Shown piece after piece: positions 37,111 to 47,587 of a DNA stretch of 64,000 bases (position 1 is its first letter; each line of letters starts with the position of its first letter). The notes beneath the pieces are model-generated. The model was not told the DNA's origin. It made no database searches and saw only the letters and a program-made list of their open reading frames with translations. Position numbers and translations under genes: made by a program. The DNA is from Azolla caroliniana. Lineage: Eukaryota; Plantae; Polypodiophyta. The stretch covers positions 4,278,001 through 4,342,000 of the forward strand of contig JBHGNT010000007.1 of the NCBI GenBank assembly GCA_043228905.1, given 5' to 3'.

Positions 37111-40100
37111 TGTCATGAAGATTTCGTGCCTCAGTGAGAAATCGGAGAATATTGGGAGGATCGGCAAGGTGCACCATGTGCACGCACCTTGTATAGAATT
37201 AGCATAAGGGCAAAGGGGTGCCTTTGTGGCGCCGAATAGGCAATAAAGTTGCGACAGAGGATCCCATGTGATATGGATTTATCCCACATTGTAGCATCCT
37301 TCCCTCCTGGGCTATAAAAGGAAGGAAGGGGTCTCTTGTATGGGGTTGCCCATTTTGAGTTGTAAGGGTATACTGTTTTGTAGAGGGTCTTTTTTTTGGT
37401 TAAGGGTTCCTAGGGTTAGTAACTTCCTATTTCTTTTCTTCTTCTCCTCCTTCTTGAGAAGTCGGGCGCCGCAGCTATGGTGGCAAATTTGTTAGGTTAA
37501 CTTCTCTTCTAATGAGTGTAGCCGGCTTCGAAGCCATGGTTGTATCTTTTCCCTTGTTATATATATAATCGTATCGGTTTGTGCATATTGGTGTATTTGG
37601 TGGTGCCGGGAGCACAACCCTTTCTTGTTTCCTGTGTGTATAAGAGTCGGTGTCGCACGCATGATCTCTCTCTCTCTCCTCTCTCTCTTCTCTCTCTCTT
37701 CTCTCTCTCCCTCTCGTGTTCGGTTGCCTCCGGGTTGTGTTCGGAGTCGGTTTTCTCGGCATCCCTTTCTCCCTCGTCCGAGACCCCTGTGGTCCCACCC
37801 TTTCAACACGCATGCGCGTAATAACGCGACATCTCTGGTGAACCCGACGTGAAGGGCGGCAAGGGAGAATGGAGTTGGACGAAGAGACTTTGCGCAACTC
37901 TTGGTCGAAGCGGTGAGGGAGTTTGGATGAGCAACAACAAGAAGAGAGATGGCGTAGCAAGTTGTTGAGCGAGTGGTCGAAAGAGTCAGCGATTTCAACG
38001 GGGACAAAGTCCCATTCCACTTGGAAACCTAGAACGCGGAAATGGAGGAACGAGACGTAGACGAGGCATTGAGGCTGGAGTTCTTCTGTCGAGTCGTCGT
38101 CGTCCGTATGCACGCGAAAGTGAAGGAGCTCCGGGAAGCTCATAGTTTGTGGGAGGCCTTCAAATAGGCGCTCCTGCAAGCATATGGGGGACAACGGAAG
38201 AGCCAGGGACGACGCGGCTTCGACCATTCGGTGGCATCGGCGAATACCCATCGGGGCACAACGAAGGCGTTCCCAGAGTTCGAGCGACGGCTTGCTCAAC
38301 TCCCGGAGCGGGAGCAAGGTTTGGTGGGGGCGGACAAAGTCTTGTTGTTCGTTAGGTCGATCGATCGAGCGGATCGAGAGGCCATCGAGATTGAGCTCGA
38401 AGACGACGACGGAGTGAATGGCCTTACGGAGGACTAGTCGAAGGTCGGAAGGGTATGCCAACGGCTAGATGTCAAGCGAGCTGAGAAGGTTGGGAGGAAG
38501 GCGCGTGACGGCGCACCATCACAGCGGGAAGAGGTTGAACGACAAAGAGAATCGGAAAGGCTCGGCTTCGCAGTCAGGATTGCAAAGGCATACGCAGCTC
38601 TTGAGGCAATGCTCAAGGAAGAGGAAAGAACGAGGCCTCAAGCCAACGCCGAGGAGATGGACTTGCCCCACGAGATGGCAGAAGACCGGTACCACGGTAC
38701 CACGGGAGAGGGTGCGGAACAAAACACACTCTCGGATTGCAGAGATAGAACAGCCAAGGACAAGGCCGAGATATCGATCGCAGAATCAGAACGTTGGAAC
38801 CGGCAGTTTCGGGCACGTCAACCCGAGGCTCTGGACATTAGAGAAGCAAGCCCAGGCAGGGCTTGCACAATCGGTAAGGGGATGACCACCGACCACGAAG
38901 AGCCGGTGGCTACGAATAAAGGCGCAAATAGGACGGGCAGTTCTACGTGTCTTCCCACACTTGCTCCCAAGACGATGGCAGTCGGGCCCGAGTGCCCACG
39001 TGAGTCCCAAGAGGAGGAAGGCGGCAGTGTGAGACTGAGAATCACCGGCGAGATGATACGAGGAAGGAGTGGACAAAAGCCCTCAGAACCAATTCCGGAG
39101 AACTCCGCATTCGGGCCCTTATGCCCACGTGAGACCGAGGAGATGGATGATGGTATCGAGGAGTCCTAGCACGATGCCAGCGAAGATGGATGGGAAGTGG
39201 CCCGCGAGAAGGTCGACGAAGAGGCCAAGAAACGACCCAACCGGAGACCGAACCATGCGGCACTCCGATTTAGGTGGAGCGTGATCTGGTCGTGGATTGT
39301 TCGACCAAGGCCAGAATTAGCATGAAGGTGCTGATACGAGAGAGGGTGCGGAACGAGCCGCCCTCTTTTACATGGGGAGAAAGACCGACCGGGCAAAGGT
39401 TGGGAATCAAAAGGGAGGTGATCAAGGGTACAAAACAAGTCCGGTAGGATTGGCATCGGAGCCGAAACTCCAGACATTGGAGAATCAAGCCCAGGAGGGC
39501 CTTGGTTGATCACAGAACGGATGCTATCCACCGACACCACTAAAAGGGTTGGTGTCCTGGGACGAGTCACCAGGAGTCGTTACGAAATCGGTTACCCCAC
39601 ATCTTGACTGGAGACTTCGGCAGTTTGAGCCAACATGGCAAAGTGAGACGGAAAGAGAAGGGAGATGCTGGGGAAGCGCAAGAAAGGGGGATGACGGCGA
39701 CGGAGAGAAATGGAAGAAGCGGTTCACTAAAGTATGGGTCCTCCACACTCATTCCCGAGACTTAGGCGGTTGCGTCCGTGAACCAACGGAAGTCCTAAGA
39801 GACGGAAAGTGGCGGCGAGGACATAGAGGTCACGACCAATACAACTGATCCGGATAGGGAGAACGAAGACACGGTCCTATGGGAGTCCTCACATCGGTTC
39901 GGGACACCTTGGCAGTGCAAGCCAACAAGACAACGTAAGACCAAGGAGAAGGACGGTCGCGGCAGGAATCGGGACCCGGCAAGGAAAGAACGAAGACCGG
40001 TCCTATGGGTCACCTCACACCGGGCTAGAGACTTCGGCGGTCGGCATCGAATTCGACGTAAGACCAAGATACTGACGGTGGCGGTAGGAGAACGGGACCC

Positions 40101-43010
40101 GGCAATCTATAGAATGACGGTCGGACCCGGACGAGAATCGGGTGGAGCGAACTTCCAGATTACCGATCCAGGAGAGGGGAGAGAGCATGCCTACGAAGAG
40201 GCCGGGAACGCGGTATGACGGTGCCACGGGAAAGGGTGTGCAACGAGCCACCCTCTCGACTTGCGAACAAAGACGACCTGGGATAAGGGTCAGAAATACG
40301 ACAAGCCCAAGGAGGATCCTTCACACCGGTTCTATAGATTCCGGCGGTCGGCTCGAGAGCCGGCGTGAGACCTAGAGTAACGAACAGTGGCGGCTAGGGG
40401 ACGAAGGCAAGGGAAGGCAAGGGGGGAGGTCCCACGAGATCCTCACACCGATCCGGCGGTCGGCCTGAGTGCCGACGTGAGTCCTATAGGAAAGGACGGT
40501 GGCGGCTGGTGAACGTGATCGGGTGACGAAGGTAGAGCGGCAAGGAGGTATCGGGCCGGTGAGGCGGCCACAAACCAAAACCGAACCTTCCGGCAAGGTC
40601 GATGGAAGAAGGGACAAAGCGGAAAGAGAAGACCGGTCCTATGGGATCCTCACACCAATCCGAAGACACCGGCAATTCAAGCCGACGTGGCAACGTGAGC
40701 CCGAGTATGAAGCATGGTGGCAGCAGGAAATGGGAACTGGCGATGTAGGGAGTGCAGATGGGCGAAGGCGATCCTCACACCAATCTGGAGACACTGGCAG
40801 TTCAAGCCGACATGGCAATGTGAGACCAAGTGAGGAGGATGATGGCGGTAGGTGAACCGGATCAAGAAAAAGGGGGCGGCAATCGGCCACTAACCGAAAC
40901 CGGGCCAGAAGACAACGCGGAAGGCGGGAGAAGAGAAAGAAAGACCGGTCCTATGGGGGTCCTCACATCGGTTCCGGAGACCTTGGCAGTGCAAGCCGGC
41001 GAGGTGACGTAAGACCAAGGAGAAAGACGGTCGCGGCGGGAAATGGGACCCGACAACAACGAGAGTCGGCAAGACGGGGTAGTCGGGTTGCGAAATCTTA
41101 ACCAGCTGGTTACGGTTTCCGAAGGGCCGGCAAGGTAAGCATGAGGTGGTGTGCAGGGCCGGAAAGGCACACAGAGCTGAAGAAGAATCGTGCAACTGGC
41201 CATCAAGGGCCGAATCAAAGCACGACTAAGGGACGACGTTCGGTGCAGGTGGCACTGAACAAGGGAACAGAAGACGACACACAATGATGCCGGGAACGTG
41301 GACGAGGGTGCGCTACAAGCTGCATGGTTGAAGACAGGAGTCAATATCAACGTCCGGAGGAGGATCCTTCACACCCGCTTCGGAGATCTCGGCGGCTTAG
41401 TCGGAATAGCAATGACTGGCGTGGCGTGCCAAACCGAGATAACAAGCTAGTGGGGGTGAGGGAACTACAACAAGCGGAAGGCTCCGAACCAGTGGCAGTA
41501 GCGCAAGATGAAAGTGGCCAAGCAGGCTACTACGGGGTGTTCCTTGTACGTTGAGGACAACGGTATGCGGAGAGCGGAGCATGCATACGGCCAAGCGAAG
41601 GGCCAACAACGGGGCACGTTGTCACGTTGTTATGCGCGTGCGTGTAGAAGGGGCGGGACCACGGGGGTCTCGGATGAGAGAGAGACGGGGTATGGAAGGT
41701 CGAGCCTCACTTCTTCCCACGACTGGCCAAGACACCAACCAGAGCGTTTCCGGACACGTACAAGGAGCAACCATATGGGAGGGGGGAAAAGGGTGTGCAC
41801 ACAACACTTACTAGGCACACGCATCCTATGTACAGAAACTAGAAAGAAGGAACTCCAAAGACAACGACAAAGACACAGATGCATAGAACTTCACTATATA
41901 TATATGTATGTACAAGAGAAAGATACAACTCCGGCTCCGAGCCGGACTGAGGTAGGCTAGGTCACAACAGCAGTCTACCGCCAAGCCGCCGTTGGGGAGC
42001 TCTCGGGCTCGTCGCGCCGAGCGAGGTCTTGCACAGGAGGCCACCAGAAGTAAGCCCCCACAGAACATCCAAGCTCTTCACTGGGCTAAAACCCTAAACA
42101 GACACGAAGAAGAAGACCTCAAAGAACTCTAAAGTAAGAAGAAGAAGAACTAACACACCTTCGACCTAAGTGGTGTACCCTCCTTACTCAAAATGGGCAA
42201 CCCTTTCACAAAGGGCGCTCCCTTCCTTTTATAGAACAAGGAGAGGGATGCGTAACAATGTGGGATAAATCCCTTATTACATGGGATCCTCTATCCCGAA
42301 TCAGATTTCGGGCTGTCGTGAAGATTTCGGGCCACAGTGAGAAATTGGAGAATATTGGAAAGATCGGCAAGGTGCACCATGTGCACACACCCTTGTACAG
42401 AATTAGCATAAGGGCAAAGGGGTGCCTTTGTGGCGCCGAATAGGCAATAAAGTTGGGACAGAGGATCCCATGTAATCTGGATTTATCCCACATTGTAACG
42501 TCCTTCCCTCCTTAGGCTATAAAAGGAAGGAAGGGGTCTCTTGTATGGGGTTGCCCATTTTGAGTCGTAAGGGTATATTGTTTTGTAGAGGGTCTTTTTT
42601 TTGGTTAAGGGTTCCTAGGATTAGTAACTTCCTATTTCTTTTCTTCTTCTCCTCCTTCTTGAGAAGTCGGGCGCCGCAGTTATGACACCAACGTTGTTAG
42701 GTTAACTTCTCTTCTAATGAGCGTAGCCGGCTTCGAAGCCATGGTTGTATCTTTTCCCTTGTTATATATATAATCGTATCGGTTTGTGCATATTGGTGTA
42801 TTTGGTGGTGCCAGGAGCACAACACTTTCTTGTTTCCTGTGTGTATAAGAGTCGGTGTCGCGCACATGCTCTCTCTCTTCTCTCTCTCCCTCTCGTGTTC
42901 GGTTGCCTCTAGGTCGTGTCCGGAGTCGTTTTTCTTGGCATCCCTTTCTCCCTCGTCCGAGGCCCCCGTGGTCCCGCCCTTTCGACACGCACCCGCGTAA
43001 TAACACGACA
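37111..43010 (+). mobile_element. Gag-only non-autonomous LTR element NA1 (decayed)
   Basis: LTRs 37111-37831 and 42314-43010, 4-bp TSD CCGG, tRNA-Trp PBS at 37836, capsid remnant (GADKVLLFVRSIDR..LEDDDGVNGLTED), repeat-rich tail, no pol motifs seen. Confidence 0.88.
41620..42300 (-). mobile_element. Inverted, 5'-truncated LTR of an NA1-related family
   Basis: Reverse-complement similarity to the NA1 LTR (TGTCACGTTGTTATGCGCG..GGGACCAC..GGTCTCGGA; AAAATGGGCAACCC; CCTTTTATAG; AATGTGGGATAAATCC). Confidence 0.85.
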
Positions 43011-44081
43011 CCGGTAAGCAAAACCAGACCTCCTTCCGATCAAGGCCACCGATGAGATGTAATGCACCACTGGAGTTGGTGCATACTGATGTGTGTCAAG
43101 TGGACACGAAGTCACATGCCGGATCGCAGTACTTCGTGACGTTCATAGATGACCACAACTGGAAGTTGTGGGCCACACCGCTGAAGACGAAGGATCAGGT
43201 GTTATCCGTCTTCAGGGAGTTCCACACGAGAGTGGAAAGAGAAACTGGCTGGAAGCTAAAGGCAGTTCGAGCAGATAACGGAGGCGAATATCCGGGGTAG
43301 TTTGAGGAGTAATATCACTCGAAGGGAATCCGGCTAGAATTTACCATGCCGAAGACGCCGGAACTAAACAGGTTGGCCGAGAGGATGAACCGGACCATAA
43401 TGGTGAGGGTCCGGATTATGCTGGCACATGCAAAGTTACCCAAGACGTTTTGGGCTGAGGGATGATGACAATGACCCACGTGATAAACAGATCTCCCTCA
43501 ATACCCTTGGACGGAGACATGCCGCAGAAAGTGTGGACCGGTAAGGAAGTGTCTTACTGGCATCTGAAGGTGTTTGGGTGTCTCGCTTGCGTGTATGTTG
43601 CAAAGGACCGGAGAGCAAAGTTGGATCCAAAGTCCCGGCCTTGCATATTACTCAGATACGGCGATGATGAGTTTAGCTACCGAGTGTGGGATCCAGTCGA
43701 CAAGAAGGTTTTCCAGAGTCGAGATATTATCTTCATGGAGGAAAAGACCCTTGCCGACTGGGAGTCAGAGAAGAAGATAATGAACTCCGAGTCGACCGGT
43801 AAGGATCGGTTCGATGAGATACGGACCTACCCGGCTAAGAGCCGGTTGACACTCAAAGAACCGGTCAGTTACGGAGAGGAAACCGAACTGATCGAAGAAG
43901 AAGAAGAAGCAGAAACCGGAACCGGCCAAGACCCCGAATCAGATTTGGATGAAGAACAAACAGAGGAGCCGGTTGCCGAAAGCCAAGACACAGATATCCT
44001 CTTAGAGAGAGATGGGCCCCCCTGAGATTTCTGAATGTAGAGAGCTTGTTGCTAACTGATGAGGGGGGTTGTAATGATATG

Positions 44082-44142
44082 GGAAGACTCGAACCCATGA
44101 CCTTATGCTACATGGGTCGAGTTCTTGACCATTAGACCATAC
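44082..44142 (-). promoter_or_regulatory. tRNA-like A/B-box module at the start of the chromovirus LTR
   Basis: TGGTCTAATGG and GGTTCGAGTCT 44 nt apart; also at 52802-52862 (-) and 58504-58558 (+). Confidence 0.65.
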
Positions 44143-44499
44143 ATTGTAATACGCTGAATATTATTTATGTTTTATTATAGAAAATTGATGTATATTCTAG
44201 ATTTCTCTTGAACATTCTAGAAACTTCAAGAGTACTCCTTAAAACACTATAAAAGGAGGCACAAGGAATTATTTCGAACCAAATCGGTTCAACGCCAGTC
44301 TTAAGCCTCCTAGATACTATTGTATACTCTCTTCACATAATATATATCATTTATCATCATTCTCTCTCACCCTTTCTCTCTCTCTCTCTCTTTCTCTCAC
44401 TCACTCTTTCCTTCTCTCGAGAGTTCTACATCTCTCTTAGTACTAATCCTCATCTTTTAGTACTAATTCCTTCTCTGTCTTACTACTGATCCTGACAGT

Positions 44500-44511
44500 T
44501 TGAACCGATTT
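44500..44511 (+). other. Self-priming PBS (Tf1-type)
   Basis: TTGAACCGATTT is the exact complement of AAATCGGTTCAA (44281-44292), about 33 nt downstream of TATAAAA at 44248; no TGG-type tRNA PBS. Confidence 0.85.
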
Positions 44512-45194
44512 TTCCCCCTCTGTCCCCCTCCCTTCATACTAATCTCTTATTCCTCTTTCCTCTCATTCCATGGCCACTATTAGCGCTCAAGAATATCAAT
44601 TTGTTTTCTCGGAGTTGCAATGCTTGAAAGAGAAGTTCCTTGCTTTGGAACAAGAAAATCAACGGTTGTTGGGGGAGCTTCAACAAATCTCCTTAGAAAA
44701 GCAGCAAACGCAACACAACATGTGGAACTTGCGTTACGCGTTGTCGCGAAGATTCACGCGTGCGTGTGCTACTCGAGCGACCACCGGGGTCTTGGACTGG
44801 GGAGGATGATCGCGGAATTATCGACGCTAGATGCCGATCAATGTAAGATTAAATGAAAATGGTTTACTTGAGAAGAAGAAAAATTGTACACTTGAGAAGT
44901 AGAAAATAATGAAGAAGATAAAGACAAATATTATATTGATGATAATGGTGTTGGTGATATCACATATTGAGCCCCCCTTACACAAGCCCAACTAGAGGCT
45001 TTTATAGGTCTTTCCATGCTCGTGACATGCACAAAACCATGGGCTAAAACCATGGTTTTGTGCACACGGTTTTGCTTATGTCATGCACAAACCATGGGTT
45101 TAAAACCATGGTTTTGTGCACATGGTTTTCTATGGTTGTTTCGTCTATAATTTGTATATGAAAAGAAAATACATAGAATCTACACTATATGATA

Positions 45195-45255
45195 GTTGTC
45201 CTAATGGTAAGGCAATCATCTTGTATCTTAGAGGTGCAAGGTTCAAACCTTGCTT
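45195..45255 (+). promoter_or_regulatory. tRNA-like A/B-box module in NA2 LTR (antisense to the element)
   Basis: TGTCCTAATGG and GGTTCAAACCT 43 nt apart, T-stem GCAAGG/CCTTGC; shares GAGGTGCAAGGTTC with the G1 module; copy at 48085-48145. Confidence 0.6.
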
Positions 45256-45463
45256 GCACCCCTTTGTATGAACTCAAGTGCCACTAGGCCTTAGGAGGCT
45301 TATTTGCTAAGTGTATGTGCAATGTTGCACATCCTTGGTTTATTCGTCTCACTCGGTTTCACACCGTAGCCGAAAATCGTCACGACATCCACCCCCACCA
45401 AACCCGCACATCCTCTGGTATGTGCCGAGAAAGGTGAAGAGGTGAGATCTTTGGCAACGGTGA

Positions 45464-47587
45464 TCAACCGAGTTCCTCTGCACGCTCGTCGACCTCGTCT
45501 GACTTTGTCTTCCACTTCGAGTATGCACAATCTTTCCAACCGAACCACCGTAGCCACCCGATCCACCATATCCAGCGCTCACACCTTCTTCCCCGATCGG
45601 TTGTAGTAGATCTACCGAACGATGTCGTCGATACGACCGCTCTTCCTTCGTCCACCGCGCGTGTCCTTCGATTGGACTCCTGGTCACTCCTCACTCTCAC
45701 CGTCTTCAACTGGGTATTGTAGATCGTTCGTGTCGATCTCCGATTAGGCCGGGTTTGCCCTTGTCCGGATCGGTCTCCACCGATCGCTTCTTGGCTTGGT
45801 TGGCCTTCGTCTGCATTCACATTTCCCCGGGTCGGGCTCGACCGATTGATTCTGGCTGGGTCAGCCCCCTTTTGGATCGGAATCGTTCGATCGATTTTCG
45901 CCGAATCAGGTTTCGGCCGGGTCGGCCCCGATCGATCGGCTCCCATGTGGATCTTCCTTCGTTCGGGTCGGAATCCCGGCCGGATCGTCTTCCGGTTCAA
46001 CCGGTTCTCGACTCTTCCTTCCTTCCCGCATGCAACCTCTCCATCGAACTCAACAGCAGCTTCATCCTTGGCCTCCACGTCGGCCATATCCTTCCCTCCG
46101 TGTATGCTCGCCTCGAGCCATATTGTCTCCTCTTCGCCACCTCCTTTATCTTCGGTCTTATGTCGACACACGGTCTCGACTGCCGAAGTCTCCGGAACCA
46201 GTGTGAAGGAATCCCTTCGTTCATTTACATTTACCTTGTCTTCTTCATCGCCCTTCCGGTCGTCCTCTTTTTTGTCCACACATTCTGTCTCTCCGGTCTC
46301 ACGTTGGTGCACGTGCACAACCGCCGAAGTCTCTAGAATAGGTGTGGGGATATCCTTTCTTCCTCGATCTTCTTCCTCCTTGTGTTGGGCCTTCGTCTTC
46401 CCGTCACCACCTTCCGTCTCTCCGGTCTCACGTTGGCACATGGGCGCAACCGCCGAAGTCTCTGGAACAAGCGTGAAGAAAGTCTTGACATGGCTATCCA
46501 TTGTCGACTCGTCCATAGCCACCTCCGACTCGATGTCGTTTGTCATGGCTACCTCCTCAATCTCTTCAGACTCAAACACTTTTCCTCCTCCCTCGATCAT
46601 GCAAGCTTTTCTCATGCTTGCGCCGTCATCACCCGATGTTTCGTACACAATGCGTGTTCCGAAACATTTATCCTCCCTCGAAGTGGCGTTCGCCGTCCTC
46701 GAGTCATCGGCCTCCTCCTTCGCCGTCGTTTCTTTGTAAGACAAGAAGGTGACTTGTTTCACACCTTCTCTCTCGGTACCGTCATACCGAACTAGAGCCT
46801 TTGTATCGGCCACTTCATTAACCCGCATTTGTTGGGAGGTCTCTTCTTCCTTGATCACCATTCGCCTCGGTTTTGTCTCCCTTCTAAGCCTCATTTCTTT
46901 TGTTGGTGGTGCGTTGTTGCATCTTGTCCCTCTTCGATCGTCCCTCATGGGCCGTCTTGTTGTCGTCGATATTCTCGCTTGCCCCTTATCGTGTAGTCGG
47001 CATACACTTTCCACTTTGCTCCAATCCTCGATGAGGCCATTTGCACCATCATCTTCTTCGAGTTTGAGGCCGATCGCCATCCTTTCCATTCGATCGATTG
47101 ACTTCACGAACATAAGGACCTTATCGACCCCCACCAATCTTTGTTCCCGCTCCGACAATTGAGAAAAATGATGCTCGAAGTCTACGAATGCTTGTGTCGC
47201 GCCTTGGTGGGTCTTCGCTGATGTCACCCATTGGTCGAAGTTGCGTCGATCTTTTCCCTTCAGTCTCTCATAGCCATATTCCTCCAATAGAGCCTTCTCG
47301 AAAGTCGCCCACGAATCATGAGCTTCTAGAAGCTCTTTTACATCTTTGAAGATCGGTTGAGACACCACCCGACAAAAGTACTCTAGCCTCATAGCTTTAT
47401 CCACACCTCTTGAATCCATCTCCGCATTGTAGACTTTTAGGAAACTTTGGACTTCAGCACCGTTGAAATAGCTCATTCGTTCGACTACCTTGTCGACGGC
47501 TTGTTGGGCTTCATTTCTTCTTTTCCCTTCTATCAGAAACTCCATCATCCTTCTTGACATTGCCTCCATGAGATATTCGACATCCAT
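45464..47587 (-). CDS. Intact 707-aa Gag-like protein: capsid domain plus disordered repeat tail, no zinc knuckle
   Basis: N-terminal ~200 aa align with G1/G2 gag (AVDKVV..FNGAEV..FLKVY..EM; FVKSID..LEEDD..DW); tail has TLVPETSAV..QRETGE repeats and an Arg-rich end. Confidence 0.85.
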   Translation of the reverse strand: MDVEYLMEAMSRRMMEFLIEGKRRNEAQQAVDKVVERMSYFNGAEVQSFLKVYNAEMDSRGVDKAMRLEYFCRVVSQPIFKDVKELLEAHDSWATFEKALLEEYGYERLKGKDRRNFDQWVTSAKTHQGATQAFVDFEHHFSQLSEREQRLVGVDKVLMFVKSIDRMERMAIGLKLEEDDGANGLIEDWSKVESVCRLHDKGQARISTTTRRPMRDDRRGTRCNNAPPTKEMRLRRETKPRRMVIKEEETSQQMRVNEVADTKALVRYDGTEREGVKQVTFLSYKETTAKEEADDSRTANATSREDKCFGTRIVYETSGDDGASMRKACMIEGGGKVFESEEIEEVAMTNDIESEVAMDESTMDSHVKTFFTLVPETSAVAPMCQRETGETEGGDGKTKAQHKEEEDRGRKDIPTPILETSAVVHVHQRETGETECVDKKEDDRKGDEEDKVNVNERRDSFTLVPETSAVETVCRHKTEDKGGGEEETIWLEASIHGGKDMADVEAKDEAAVEFDGEVACGKEGRVENRLNRKTIRPGFRPERRKIHMGADRSGPTRPKPDSAKIDRTIPIQKGADPARINRSSPTRGNVNADEGQPSQEAIGGDRSGQGQTRPNRRSTRTIYNTQLKTVRVRSDQESNRRTRAVDEGRAVVSTTSFGRSTTTDRGRRCERWIWWIGWLRWFGWKDCAYSKWKTKSDEVDERAEELG

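Noticed and set aside
37475-38461. 328-aa minus-strand ORF
   Set aside because: Antisense to the NA1 LTR and gag, runs through a CT microsatellite, no recognisable domain.
45755-47162. Long plus-strand ORFs inside NA2
   Set aside because: Shadow frames of the purine-rich 707-aa minus-strand ORF.
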